64,000 nucleotides of DNA from the NCBI GenBank assembly GCA_965197905.1, contig CBDAOB010000005.1, positions 1,920,001-1,984,000 on the forward strand, written 5' to 3'. The position numbers were made by a program, and so were the translations under genes. Shown piece by piece: positions 1 to 10,301 of the stretch. The DNA comes from Candidatus Latescibacterota bacterium. GTDB lineage: Bacteria; Latescibacterota; UBA2968; UBA8231. The notes beneath the pieces were generated by a model. The model worked only from the letters and a program-made list of their open reading frames with translations. It had not been told where the DNA came from and did no database searches. Positions within the stretch are counted from its first letter, which is position 1, and each line of letters starts with the position of its first letter.

Positions 1-1587
1 GCTCATGGCCAGGTTTGCGGACGTAGTGCTTTTACCTTCCTGATTCGTCGAACTGGTGATCATCAAACACTTCGCCCCCTTTTCGACGGTCACGAAGTCG
101 ATATTCGTGCGCAGAATGCGATAACTCTCGGCGAGCGTCGACTGGGGGTCGAAGTAGGCTACAAGCTGCGCTTTGCGTTGGACAGTGCGCTCGTCTTCTA
201 CCTTCCCGCCACGTCGCTCCAAGGAACTCCGTACGTCTTCAACGTTGATGTACGGAATCAGACCCACTACCTGAGTTCCGGTGTATTCCTGCACGTCTTC
301 TATGGTGCCAATAGAGGTGTCGAGGGTCTCGGCGACAACTGCAAAGACAACGCCGAGTATCAAACCGAGCATGATGCCGATGACGCCGCGCCGTATCATG
401 GGCATCGGGTTGATAGGTTGGCTGGGGGTGATCGCGGCCTGAAGAATCGCCACATCCTGCACTCGATCCGCTTCCCGGATAAGGGCGGTCTGATACTGCT
501 CCTCGAGAATCGTGACGATCTCCTGGTGCATGTCCACTTCGCGTTCGAGGCGTGAGAGTACAAGACCCTTCGAGGGCAGCTCGTTGTACTCGATGCGGAG
601 CTTCTCGAGATGACCTCGCTCGCTGACCAGGGATCGCTGAATTACCTCCTGCCGTTGTCGCAGCTCGGTTACGAGGTGGCGACCCAATTGATCGATCTTC
701 GCCTGCACCTCTTTCACGGTGGGATGACCCTCGGTGTATTTGACCAACAGACCGTCGCGCTGGAGCTGAAGGCTATTGAGCTGGGCGTTGAGACGCATGA
801 ACACCTCCCCCACCAGCGGCCGTGAAGCCCCCTTCAGTGCACTCTCGGACAACACCTCATTCTTGGAAATTTCGGCGAGCATTGCGCCGATATCGCGAAG
901 GTTCTGCTCGAACCGTTGCACTGCGCGATCGGCCTCAGTGATAGCAGAGAGGACCACACTCGTCTGCGAGGACAACGATATCAGATTGGTTTTCTCGCGA
1001 TATCATTTGACGTCCTCTTCCGCCTCTTCCAGCATCGGTCTGGCGCTGTCTCGTTGTCCCTGGACAAAGGATCTGTGTTTTACCGCCTGTTCGTTTTTTA
1101 TGTCGGAGTCATATTTCTGGAAGACCATGGACAGCGTATTGGCGATGTCCCGAGCGAAGTACGGATCGGGATCCGTAGCCTCGATCGCAATGATATTGGT
1201 ATAGCCTTCCTGTGCAGCATTGATCTGCCCCTGGAGAGCTAGTACGACCAAGGCCGTATCCTCGATCGTCTCCGTCTCGCCGAAGAGTTCCAGCTCGCGG
1301 GCAGCCTCCTTCAATACCGGGAAGCTGGTAATAATGGCCAACTGGGTTTCGATCAAGTCGCTGGACTCTGAGTAGGAAGACAGAGCTAGCTGAGCGAGGG
1401 CGTTGCTGGAAGCTTGTTGAGAGTTCAGCTGGATTTTCGCGGCAGCCCGGTACATGGGTACCGGTTTCCAGATCGTAGCGATAACCAGGCTGAAGAATCC
1501 GAGCACGAATGCCGTGAAGAGAACAATTCCCTTCCGGCGTCGTAGAATACGCCAATAATCTCGGAGAGTTACATCATACTGAGCCAT
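1..1587 (-). pseudogene. Wzc/GumC-like polysaccharide chain-length determinant / BY-kinase, interrupted by an in-frame TGA at 1003-1005; 3' end lies beyond the window edge
   Basis: Wzz-type N-terminus (TLRDYWRILRRRKGIV, TM helix, P.Y.A). Reading past the TGA in the same frame gives YREKTNLISLSSQT..., and the window edge reads ITSSTNQEGKSTTSANLAMS (BY-kinase Walker A) in that frame. Confidence 0.8.
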
Positions 1588-1662
1588 AGATCACCTGCTC
1601 GTCATCCTGACTCGATCGTTATCTCAGGGAGCAGAATGAACGTCGCGTTTGGCCCCCACCCG

Positions 1663-2289
1663 CTATCGTCGCCTGGTTGCTTTGCGGGGTCTTCGGCCGT
1701 ATGCCGCCGACGATTTGTCGGCCGAATCGTTAACGGAGACCGCTGGGCCCGGATCCCCATGCTCGATGTTGCTGATAAATTGTGAAGGTATGTCGCGACA
1801 CAAAACGATCTCGCCCCTGGGGTAGAACTCAACCCCGCCTTCGTGCGCATCGCGCGCCGCAATCACCGCCAGACATGGGAGCTCGACGCGGCGATTCCTG
1901 GCTTCGGCAGCTTCCCTACTGATGGACAGATGAATATACGACCTGTCTACCGGACGTATCCCCTTGTCGGAATAGGTCGCGGCTTGTTCTTGCGTACACC
2001 CGATGTAGAGGTGTTCGGGCGGCTCCTCGGGCTCATCCATTTCGACAAAGAAGCTGTGACCGTACTTGGCCCGCACGCCTTTCTCGTTCAATTCGAATCT
2101 GCGTTGATCGGGGGCATTCAGCATCTCCAACAAGATATCGTCGGTGATATCGTCAATCTTGGTTCCGAGGGCTTCTACCACATCTTCAACCGGCGCATAT
2201 CCGTATTCGTCGACGTTGAGGCCGAATTCGTCCGGTCGGTGCCGAAGCATAAGGGAAAGCAGTTTCGAGATTCGCTTAAAATCACTCAC
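1663..2289 (-). CDS. kptA: RNA 2'-phosphotransferase (Tpt1/KptA family)
   Basis: ISKLLSLMLRHRP, QRRFEL, VRAKYGHS, GIRPVDRSYIHLS motifs. Confidence 0.85.
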   Translation of the reverse strand: MSDFKRISKLLSLMLRHRPDEFGLNVDEYGYAPVEDVVEALGTKIDDITDDILLEMLNAPDQRRFELNEKGVRAKYGHSFFVEMDEPEEPPEHLYIGCTQEQAATYSDKGIRPVDRSYIHLSISREAAEARNRRVELPCLAVIAARDAHEGGVEFYPRGEIVLCRDIPSQFISNIEHGDPGPAVSVNDSADKSSAAYGRRPRKATRRR

Positions 2290-2328
2290 GTATACACGTA
2301 TCCTTTGAAGTTGACATTAGCACCATGA

Positions 2329-2781
2329 TCAGTTCCACTTTTCGCGATACGACTTTATGGCATCGGCTATTTCCGGCTGCCCCAACGCGATAATCTCGGC
2401 GGCAAGCATGGCCGCGTTTCGAGCGTTGTCGATACCGACGGTGGCCACGGGAATGCCGGGCGGCATCTGGACAATAGCGTAGAGCGCGTCGACGCCATTG
2501 AGGGCTCCAGTGGCGATAGGGACACCAACTATGGGAAGGGTCGTGTGTGCTGCCAAAACGCCCGGCAATGCAGCCGCCAATCCTGCCCCCGCGATGATGA
2601 CCTTCAAACCCCTCTCGGCCGCACTGCGCGCATACGCTGCCGTTTTTTCCGGATTTCGGTGAGCTGAGCATACGACCGCTTCATAACCAATGCCAAGCTC
2701 ATCCAGCACGTCGGTACCTTTGCGCATCACTTCCTCATCCGACTTGCTTCCCATAATGACGCCGATCTGAATCGCTGACAT
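2329..2781 (-). CDS. purE: N5-carboxyaminoimidazole ribonucleotide mutase
   Basis: IMGSKSD, SAHRNPE, IAGAGLAAALPG, IVQMPPGIPVATVGI. Confidence 0.97.
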   Translation of the reverse strand: MSAIQIGVIMGSKSDEEVMRKGTDVLDELGIGYEAVVCSAHRNPEKTAAYARSAAERGLKVIIAGAGLAAALPGVLAAHTTLPIVGVPIATGALNGVDALYAIVQMPPGIPVATVGIDNARNAAMLAAEIIALGQPEIADAIKSYREKWN

Positions 2782-2828
2782 GTGTTGACTGTTCTTCCGT
2801 AAGCCCTAAATGGATCAGGTATTTATGA

Positions 2829-2857
2829 AATATAATGCCAGCGCCCGAACGATTCAA
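2829..2857 (-). promoter_or_regulatory. putative sigma70 promoter for purE
   Basis: TTGAAT-N17-TATATT on the minus strand between the ftsZ stop and purE. Confidence 0.55.
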
Positions 2858-2860
2858 GAA

Positions 2861-4012
2861 TCAACACATTTTGCGCCGCAGGAACGTGGGGTAGTCGAGG
2901 CTCTCGGGAGCGCTGGCCGGCTCTTCCGATTCCGCGACCGCACCAGCCGTCAGTTCTCGCGAACCTCGCCGAATGAACGCGGGGATCTTCAACTCTTCGG
3001 GCTCGTCGTCCATCCGAGATCCCTCGACCGCTTCCGGCTCGAAGCGGGATTCGTCCTTCACGTTGAATCCTGTGGCGATAACAGTAACCCTGATCTCGTC
3101 CACCAAACTGTTGTCGATCACGGTGCCGAAGATGATGTTGGCCTCCATACCGGCCGCCTGCTGGATGATCGAAGTTGCCTCGTTGACCTCAAACAACGTC
3201 AGGTTCGCGTCGGCGGCGATATTGATCAGGAGCCCCTTAGCGCCGTCGATGGAAACGTCTTCGAGAAGCGGAGATTGAATCGCTTTGCGAGCGGCTTCCT
3301 GGGCGCGGTTCTCGCCCTTTTGAATTCCCACGCCCATAATGGCGTCGCCGCCCTCGGAGATTATGGTTTTGACGTCATTGAAGTCTAGATTGATCATGCC
3401 CGGAATCGTGATGAGATCAGCGATTCCACGAACGGCTTGCATCAAGACCTCATCCGCCTTGACGAAGGCATCTTCAAGCGTGGTATCCCGGTCGCAAATC
3501 GACAGCAGACGTTGGTTCTTGATGGTGATGAGGGTGTCGACCTGGCCTTGGAGCTCACTCAACCCATCCATTGCATTTCGCATTCTCGGGAGCCCCTCGA
3601 ACTGAAATGGCTCCGTCACGATGCCCACCGAGAGAGCGCCCAGTTCCTTGGCGATCTCGGCGACGACCGGCGCTGCCCCGGTGCCCGTTCCGCCCCCCAT
3701 GCCGGCGGTGATGAATACCAAATCGGAGTCCTGCAGCTTCTCCGCAACGCTCTCCCGGTCCTCCATCACCGCCTGGCGTCCAAGCTCGGGCATCGCGCCG
3801 GCGCCCAGACCTCTGGTGACATCGTCACCGATACAGATACAAGCGTCGGCGGCACAGTTTTCCAATGCTTGAGAGTCCGTATTGACAGCGATAAACTCGA
3901 CCCCGTGCATACCCGAGCTTATCATCCTGTTAATCGCATTGCCGCCGGCTCCGCCCACGCCGATCACCTTGATTCTAGCTTTTTGCTCGTTGCTTATGAT
4001 CCTAAATGTCAT
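2861..4012 (-). CDS. ftsZ: cell division protein FtsZ
   Basis: IKVIGVGGAGGNA, tubulin signature GMGGGTGTG, INLDFNDV. Confidence 0.99.
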   Translation of the reverse strand: MTFRIISNEQKARIKVIGVGGAGGNAINRMISSGMHGVEFIAVNTDSQALENCAADACICIGDDVTRGLGAGAMPELGRQAVMEDRESVAEKLQDSDLVFITAGMGGGTGTGAAPVVAEIAKELGALSVGIVTEPFQFEGLPRMRNAMDGLSELQGQVDTLITIKNQRLLSICDRDTTLEDAFVKADEVLMQAVRGIADLITIPGMINLDFNDVKTIISEGGDAIMGVGIQKGENRAQEAARKAIQSPLLEDVSIDGAKGLLINIAADANLTLFEVNEATSIIQQAAGMEANIIFGTVIDNSLVDEIRVTVIATGFNVKDESRFEPEAVEGSRMDDEPEELKIPAFIRRGSRELTAGAVAESEEPASAPESLDYPTFLRRKMC

Positions 4013-4042
4013 CGTGCCCTCTCTTCCGAAATGTCTGGAAAA

Positions 4043-5308
4043 CTATATGGACTGTTGAAACCAAGACTTCAAACGACCGCACAAGACCTCGAGCCTTCCC
4101 TCGGAAAAACCGGCAGTACGACGCGCCGGCTGAAACTGGTTGGATTCCAAGCTCTTCACTCCGTGGTGGACGAGGCCCAGTACCGTGGCGTACACCGGAC
4201 TGGCGACCCGCTCTCCCATTCCCGCCAATCGGCGGGGGATGCCCATGCGAACCGGGAGGTTTAAAACCTCTTCCGCCAGTTGCGCCGAACCGTTCAACAA
4301 TACACCGCCTCCTGTCAAGACAACCCCGGCCGGCAGCGCATCCGCGTCAAAATCGTTGATCCGACGTTTCACCATGGCGAAAATCTCCTCCATCCGCGCC
4401 TGAATAATCGTACTCAGCTGTGCGGCGGGGATTTCCCGATTAGGTCGGCCGGCGACTCCGGGCAGGGTCAGGAATGTGTTGGCTGACTCGGGATTTTGGA
4501 AGCAGTGCCCATGGGCGCATTTTATCGTCTCGGCTTGGGGCCAGGAAGCACGCAATCCGATGGCAATGTCGCTCGTTACGTTCTGTCCGCCCAACCCAAT
4601 GACCGCGGTATGGCGCACGCTTCCATTGTCGAAAATCGCCAGATCCGTCGTCCCGCCGCCGATGTCGACGACGCACGCTCCCATCGCGCGTTCATCCTCC
4701 TCGAGCACGGCGTAGGCGGAGGCCAGAGGCTCGAGAACGATGCCTCGGATCTCATAACCCGAGCGCAGTATACACTTGCAAACATTTTGCGTAGAGGTTA
4801 CTGCCGCCGTTACGAGATGGACGTCCGCTTCCAACCTCACGCCCACCATTCCCACCGGATCCCTGATACCCATCTGTCCATCTACACCGAAATCCTGCTC
4901 CAAGACGTGAATAATTTCGCGGTCTGTTGGCACGGAGACCGTGCTGGCAGTCTCTATTACTCGATCCTTGTCGGAGCGCCCGATCGCCCCGCTGCTAGAC
5001 GCGGTGGCAATCGCTCCGTGGCTGTTCAGACTGCGTATATGATCTCCAGCTATGCCGGCGTAGACCGCCGTCGCCTTGACACCCGCCATCAACTCTGCTT
5101 TGGCCACCGCGCTCTCGATCGATCGAATCGTCTTTTCCACGTCGACGACCACTCCGCGCCGCATGCCCCGGGAGGGAGTGCTCCCAAATCCCATAATCTT
5201 GAGGTGCCCACGCGAGAACTCTCCAATCACCGCGCACACTTTCGTCGTGCCCATGTCGAGCCCCACGATGGTTCCGCCCGTAGGTTTGATGACGACATCC
5301 GCTCTCAT
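4043..5308 (-). CDS. ftsA: cell division protein FtsA
   Basis: GLDMGTTKV, VDIGGGTTD, GVVLTGGG; directly upstream of ftsZ. Confidence 0.97.
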   Translation of the reverse strand: MRADVVIKPTGGTIVGLDMGTTKVCAVIGEFSRGHLKIMGFGSTPSRGMRRGVVVDVEKTIRSIESAVAKAELMAGVKATAVYAGIAGDHIRSLNSHGAIATASSSGAIGRSDKDRVIETASTVSVPTDREIIHVLEQDFGVDGQMGIRDPVGMVGVRLEADVHLVTAAVTSTQNVCKCILRSGYEIRGIVLEPLASAYAVLEEDERAMGACVVDIGGGTTDLAIFDNGSVRHTAVIGLGGQNVTSDIAIGLRASWPQAETIKCAHGHCFQNPESANTFLTLPGVAGRPNREIPAAQLSTIIQARMEEIFAMVKRRINDFDADALPAGVVLTGGGVLLNGSAQLAEEVLNLPVRMGIPRRLAGMGERVASPVYATVLGLVHHGVKSLESNQFQPARRTAGFSEGRLEVLCGRLKSWFQQSI

Positions 5309-6153
5309 CAGGAGGTCCCATCCTTACTGCCGACCACCACTTGCCGGGAAAATCGCAGATCGACGTAGGCCGGTTCCGGGCACTCCGTGTAGATCCGTGG
5401 CATGGCTGTTCGAAGTACCTGCAACCGATCCCTGACTCTGTCGAATGGCATCCGGATCTCGAGCCCGTCGCCTACCAGAAGGATACGCATCGCTCCATCC
5501 CTCATGGGCATAATCTCCGATATGTTCATACAGAAATCCCGATCAGCGGTGTTGGCTTCTCGCAACCAACCGAGGATGCGGGCTAAGGAAGAGTCGGTAA
5601 CCACTTCGCCGACGCGGAGGATATCGAGGTTGACATCAATTCCGGCGATTACGGGCAGATCCAGGTTCGCGACTGAGTCGTCAGGGCCAACGTCCGGAAG
5701 CAATACTCCGTTGGCATCCACGGTCCGCAGGGCGTTGGCGTCGATCCACGCCGATCTCTGTCGTTCAACCAGAGAGACGACCAGGCGATCTGGAGGTTTT
5801 CGAACGATGACCACTCGCTCGACCCAAGGGATCGCCTCGATCCGGTCCTGCACCACCTGCAGATCAAGATCGAGAATATTGTCTCCCACTGTGAGCCCGC
5901 TGGCCGACATGATCTGGCGCCCTTCGAGTCGATCCAGACCTTCAATTTCCAAAGCTGCCAGAATGAAACGTGGTGAGTCGGCCGAACTTTCCGCCAGCTG
6001 CGATCCGGCAAACACCGCCGATGTCGCGGCCAAAACGCAAACCACAAATACGAGCTTGCGCCGAGATCTCCCCTCGCGCGGACCGTTGCCACGGGCGCCA
6101 ACCGGAACCGCCTGCGAACTTTTTTGAGACATCAATTTAGTTCTGCGTCGCAT
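5308..6153 (-). CDS. ftsQ: cell division protein FtsQ/DivIB (alternative start 6132)
   Basis: One TM helix, POTRA-like segment (IPWVERVVIVRKPPDRLVVSLVER), C-terminal YVDLRF; position before ftsA. Confidence 0.9.
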   Translation of the reverse strand: MRRRTKLMSQKSSQAVPVGARGNGPREGRSRRKLVFVVCVLAATSAVFAGSQLAESSADSPRFILAALEIEGLDRLEGRQIMSASGLTVGDNILDLDLQVVQDRIEAIPWVERVVIVRKPPDRLVVSLVERQRSAWIDANALRTVDANGVLLPDVGPDDSVANLDLPVIAGIDVNLDILRVGEVVTDSSLARILGWLREANTADRDFCMNISEIMPMRDGAMRILLVGDGLEIRMPFDRVRDRLQVLRTAMPRIYTECPEPAYVDLRFSRQVVVGSKDGTS

Positions 6154-7537
6154 CTTTCAGCTTTCCAGCATCGAGGGCGTGCACCAATTGCGTGGCTACT
6201 CGACCGATGTCCCCAGCTCCCATGGTCAGCACCAAATCACCACCGCGGCAACGTTCGACTACCCGACCTACTAAGCGGGTGGAATCTCTCTCCAATTCGA
6301 CCGCCGCGAAACCGTTGGCGCGCATTTCCTCCACGATCATGTCGCTCTTAATTCCGGCAATTGGGACCTCCCGCGCCGGGTATATATCCGTAATGAACAC
6401 CTGATCGGCGGCGGTTAGAGCGGCCCCGAACTCGCGAAAGAAATCCCGTGTGCGCGAATAGAGATGGGGTTGAAAAATGGCAGTGACGCGGCGCCCGAAA
6501 CTCCGCGCCGTGGCCAGCGCGGCTTCCACCTCCGCCGGATGGTGAGCGTAGTCGTCCACGATCAGCACATCTCTCACTTGGCCTTTGCACTCGAACCTCC
6601 GATCCAAACCAGGGAAATTGCTAAGCCCCTCGACGATATGGTTCATGCTGACTCCGAGTAGCCGCGTCATGCCGGCCGCGCCGACGGCGTTCAAGAGGTT
6701 GTGTCCACCTGGCACGTTGAGCTCGACAGCGCCCAGGAGTTTGTCCTCGTCGAACAGCTCGAACTCCGATCCCCACGCGCGCGACCTAGCGTTTCGTGGA
6801 TGAAAACGGTTGCTAGCTTCGACACCGTAGGTCGAATAACGGCGAGATAGATGAGGCATGATCTCGCGCACCCCCTGGCTTTCACCGGCCAACAAGGTCT
6901 GACCATAGAAAGGCAAGCGACGGAGAAAATCGAGGAATCCTGCCTGCACACCCGCCTCATCGCCATAGCAGTCGAGATGCTCCGCATCGATGGAGGTAAC
7001 TACAGCCGCGTTGGGATACATCTTCAGGAAGCTCCTATCGAACTCATCTGCCTCTACGACGAAATAACCGCCATCCGTCCACCGGCCCTGGACCTTTCCT
7101 CTCACATACCCCCCAATCGCGACCGCAGGTTCAAGACCTGCAGCATCGAGCACGCTGGCCAACATTGCCGACGTGGTCGTCTTACCGTGGGTGCCCGCCA
7201 CTGCGATCGTAAACGAGGTCCGAGCGATTTCGCCCAGTAGTTCCGCCCGGCCGACTACATCGATTCCCCGACGCCTGGCAACCTCCAACTCTTCGTTCGA
7301 AGACGGGACCGCTGCCGAATACACCACCAGATCGACATCGCCAACGCTTTCGGCTCGGTGCCCGATGTGGACGTCGAAGCCATCCCGCTCCAGCGCATCA
7401 GTCGCGTCGGACCTGGTGCTGTCCGTGCCGGTTATGCGGCATCCCCTAGCGGAGAGAATACGAGCGAGTCCTTCCATGCCAGCACCAGCGATACCCACCA
7501 TGTGAACGCGGTCGTACTTGTGAAACAGGGTTTTCAT
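6137..7537 (-). CDS. murC: UDP-N-acetylmuramate--L-alanine ligase
   Basis: HMVGIAGAGM, AGTHGKTTT, EADEFDRSF, DDYAHHP; start overlaps the ftsW stop (ATGA). Confidence 0.97.
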   Translation of the reverse strand: MKTLFHKYDRVHMVGIAGAGMEGLARILSARGCRITGTDSTRSDATDALERDGFDVHIGHRAESVGDVDLVVYSAAVPSSNEELEVARRRGIDVVGRAELLGEIARTSFTIAVAGTHGKTTTSAMLASVLDAAGLEPAVAIGGYVRGKVQGRWTDGGYFVVEADEFDRSFLKMYPNAAVVTSIDAEHLDCYGDEAGVQAGFLDFLRRLPFYGQTLLAGESQGVREIMPHLSRRYSTYGVEASNRFHPRNARSRAWGSEFELFDEDKLLGAVELNVPGGHNLLNAVGAAGMTRLLGVSMNHIVEGLSNFPGLDRRFECKGQVRDVLIVDDYAHHPAEVEAALATARSFGRRVTAIFQPHLYSRTRDFFREFGAALTAADQVFITDIYPAREVPIAGIKSDMIVEEMRANGFAAVELERDSTRLVGRVVERCRGGDLVLTMGAGDIGRVATQLVHALDAGKLKDATQN

Positions 7538-8706
7538 GCTGCATTTTTCGCCCAACGACTTGCACCGGCCGAGCTTGATCGCAGCTTGGTCGCCCTTCCG
7601 CTGTCCCTGGCCACACCTATCAAGACGCCGACTCCCGCCAGATTCCACACCAACGAGGATCCACCATAGCTTATGAACGGGAGGGGTAAACCAGTGGTCG
7701 GAAGAACACCCGTGGCCACGCCGATGTTCAACATTGCGTAGATTGAAATCATCACGGTTATCCCCGTTGCCACCAGGAATCCATAGTACGAGGGCGTTTG
7801 CCGCGAGATTTTCAGGCCGTGGATAGCTAGCGCGGCGAACAGGCCGATAATGCTCAAGGTCCCCGCCAATCCAAGCTCTTCACCGATGAACGAGAAAACG
7901 AAGTCGGTATGCGGCGCCGGCAGAAACTGTTGCTTCTGCATGCTGTTTCCCAACCCCACACCCAGGAACCCGCCGCTCCCCAACGCCAGCAATGACTGGG
8001 TAATTTGGTAGCTCGAACCCTGAGTATCGGCGGTCTCCAGAAAGCTCACGATGCGACGCATCTGATACGGTGAAGCGTACAGCGACCAAGCCACCACGGG
8101 CAGAACCACGAGGACACTGGCGATCAGGTGCAAACTTCTGGCCCCCGCCACCCACAACATAGCCAAGGCAATCAATGCTACGGCGATGGCGGTTCCTAGA
8201 TCTGGTTGAATCGCGATGAGCCCTACTACGGCGCCGACTACCAGGATGCGGGGCAGAAATCCGCGTTTGAAATCGCACAGTTGGCTCCGTTTGCGCACGA
8301 GCACGTCGGACAGGTAGAGTACCAGGGCAAGCTTTACGAACTCGGATGGCTGCACGTTGATCCCGGACAACGCAGCCGGAAGCGGCAACCACCGCTGGGC
8401 CGGCCCCTGCCCCTTCAACAGCACCAACACCAACGACACAACTCCCGCAATCAGCAGGAGCTTCGCGGCCCGGGCCCAAAACGCCAGCGGCACCTGAGCG
8501 ATCAGCAACATTATTGCGATTCCGAATAGCGCGCGAACCACTTGGCGCTCCAGAAAGAAGCTGCTGTCGGAGTGGCGCACACTGGCGAGAACGGAGCTCG
8601 AGCTAAACACCATCACCACGCCCACTCCTACTAGGACCAGGGCGATTAGAAAGACGTGCAAGCTGGCCCTCGGGGCGTGCTGTGCGTGACTTCGGCGTCT
8701 TGACAA
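7534..8706 (-). CDS. ftsW: peptidoglycan glycosyltransferase FtsW
   Basis: Multi-TM SEDS protein with QPSEFVK, QPDLGT, HTDFVF, TGLPLPFISYGGSS. Confidence 0.95.
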   Translation of the reverse strand: MSRRRSHAQHAPRASLHVFLIALVLVGVGVVMVFSSSSVLASVRHSDSSFFLERQVVRALFGIAIMLLIAQVPLAFWARAAKLLLIAGVVSLVLVLLKGQGPAQRWLPLPAALSGINVQPSEFVKLALVLYLSDVLVRKRSQLCDFKRGFLPRILVVGAVVGLIAIQPDLGTAIAVALIALAMLWVAGARSLHLIASVLVVLPVVAWSLYASPYQMRRIVSFLETADTQGSSYQITQSLLALGSGGFLGVGLGNSMQKQQFLPAPHTDFVFSFIGEELGLAGTLSIIGLFAALAIHGLKISRQTPSYYGFLVATGITVMISIYAMLNIGVATGVLPTTGLPLPFISYGGSSLVWNLAGVGVLIGVARDSGRATKLRSSSAGASRWAKNAA

Positions 8707-8924
8707 AGAGACTCAGCTTCCCGGCGATTGGCGATGGGTCGGCTCCAGATCGGCTGGCCACGGGACAGCCGTATCCTCCAGCCGGTGCAACCACCGCCGC
8801 GACCTTTGAGAGCGACTACTTCTGTAAGGGATAATGGGAAGGGAGATGCTACTCCATGATACGTGGCTTTGGGGAAAGCCCGGAGCAGGAACAGTTTAAG
8901 TCGTTCACCCGTTCAATGTGTCAA

Positions 8925-10301
8925 TCAGTTGAGAAGTGCTTCTGCTATATGCTCTAGCTCCATGCCTCGTGACCCTTTGATGAGCACCAAGTCCGCATCG
9001 CCGAGGCAACCCGACAGGGAATCTCGCAACTCCAAGCGCGAACCGAAATGGCGCACGTTGGCGGGCTCCATTCCCGATTCCAAAGCCGCTGCGATGGTCT
9101 GACGCGTCATCTGGCCTGTACAAAACAACATGTCGATACCGATTTCCGCGACAAAGCGGCCGATGTCGGCGTGGAGCTCAGCACTTTGACTTCCCAATTC
9201 GAGCATATCGCCCAGCACCGCTATCTTACGCCCAGTCGACCCCATGTCACGCAGTAGTGTCAATGCCGCACGCATCGACTCCGGATTGGCGTTGTAGCTG
9301 TCGTTTATGATCCGCTTCTCCCCCTTGCGAAGGACCTGGGTACGCATGTCTACATGATTAAAGGCGCCAATCGCTGCGCCAATATCATCCCAATCGACCC
9401 CGAATTCCCGGCCGAGCGCCGCAGCAACCAGCGCATTGTAGACGTTGTGCCGCCCCGCAACCCCCACCTCGATATCGTAGTTCTGTAGAGAGAAGTGGCC
9501 GCGGCCCTCCCGGTCAAGGATGAGTCCCTCCCCACGAAATTGGCTCTCACGATCGATGCTGAAGCCAAGGAGTCTCCCCTTTGTCCTCATAGCCTCCCCG
9601 GCCGCGACACAGTCATCAACGTTTACGAGAGTCAACGAAGACTCATCCAGATAATCCAGGAGCTCCCCTTTGGCTTTGGCCACTCCCTCTACAGATTCAA
9701 AGAACTCCAAATGCGCTCTGCCAATGTTCAGCAGCACACCCACCGTGGGCTGTGCGAGGGAGCAAAGGTAGGCGATATCGCCAAATTTCCTCGTTCCCAG
9801 CTCAAGAACAGCCACCTCGTGATGTTCTGAGAGGCGCAGCAGTGCCGTTGGAATCCCGATTTCATTGTTTTCGTTGTCAACCGATTTGAGCACGCAGTAA
9901 CGTCTACCGAGTACTGCTGCGGCGAGCTCCTTTGCGGTCGTCTTTCCAGAACTTCCAACGATCGCAATGATCGGAATGTCAAACCGCTTGCGATAGTTGC
10001 GAGCCAGCGCTCCCAGTGCGTGCAAAACCGAATCCACGACAAACAACGGGCCAGAAGCAGTGCCACCATCTCGCTGTTGCCATTGGCGTTCAACAACAGC
10101 GGCAACAGCCCCGTTGGCGAACGCTTTCTCGACGTACTCGTGGCCATCGAATCTCGGTCCTTGCAGAGCGAGAAACAGATCGCCATTCGCTATGGTTCTC
10201 GTATCACTGGAAATTCCGGCAGGTTGCCGCCCTGAGTCAAAGATACCAACAAGCTCAGCTTCCGTCCACTGGAGAATTTGTTCAAATGACACTCCATTCA
10301 C
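8925..10301 (-). CDS. murF: UDP-MurNAc-tripeptide--D-Ala-D-Ala ligase
   Basis: SDTRTI, FDGHEY, GSSGKTT, INDSYNANPESM, LGDMLELG, KGSRGM. Confidence 0.97.
   Translation of the reverse strand: MNGVSFEQILQWTEAELVGIFDSGRQPAGISSDTRTIANGDLFLALQGPRFDGHEYVEKAFANGAVAAVVERQWQQRDGGTASGPLFVVDSVLHALGALARNYRKRFDIPIIAIVGSSGKTTAKELAAAVLGRRYCVLKSVDNENNEIGIPTALLRLSEHHEVAVLELGTRKFGDIAYLCSLAQPTVGVLLNIGRAHLEFFESVEGVAKAKGELLDYLDESSLTLVNVDDCVAAGEAMRTKGRLLGFSIDRESQFRGEGLILDREGRGHFSLQNYDIEVGVAGRHNVYNALVAAALGREFGVDWDDIGAAIGAFNHVDMRTQVLRKGEKRIINDSYNANPESMRAALTLLRDMGSTGRKIAVLGDMLELGSQSAELHADIGRFVAEIGIDMLFCTGQMTRQTIAAALESGMEPANVRHFGSRLELRDSLSGCLGDADLVLIKGSRGMELEHIAEALLN

Noticed and set aside
178..1242. Plus-strand ORFs at the left edge, and other short overlapping ORFs in the track
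   Set aside because: They are shadows of confidently identified genes in GC-rich DNA.
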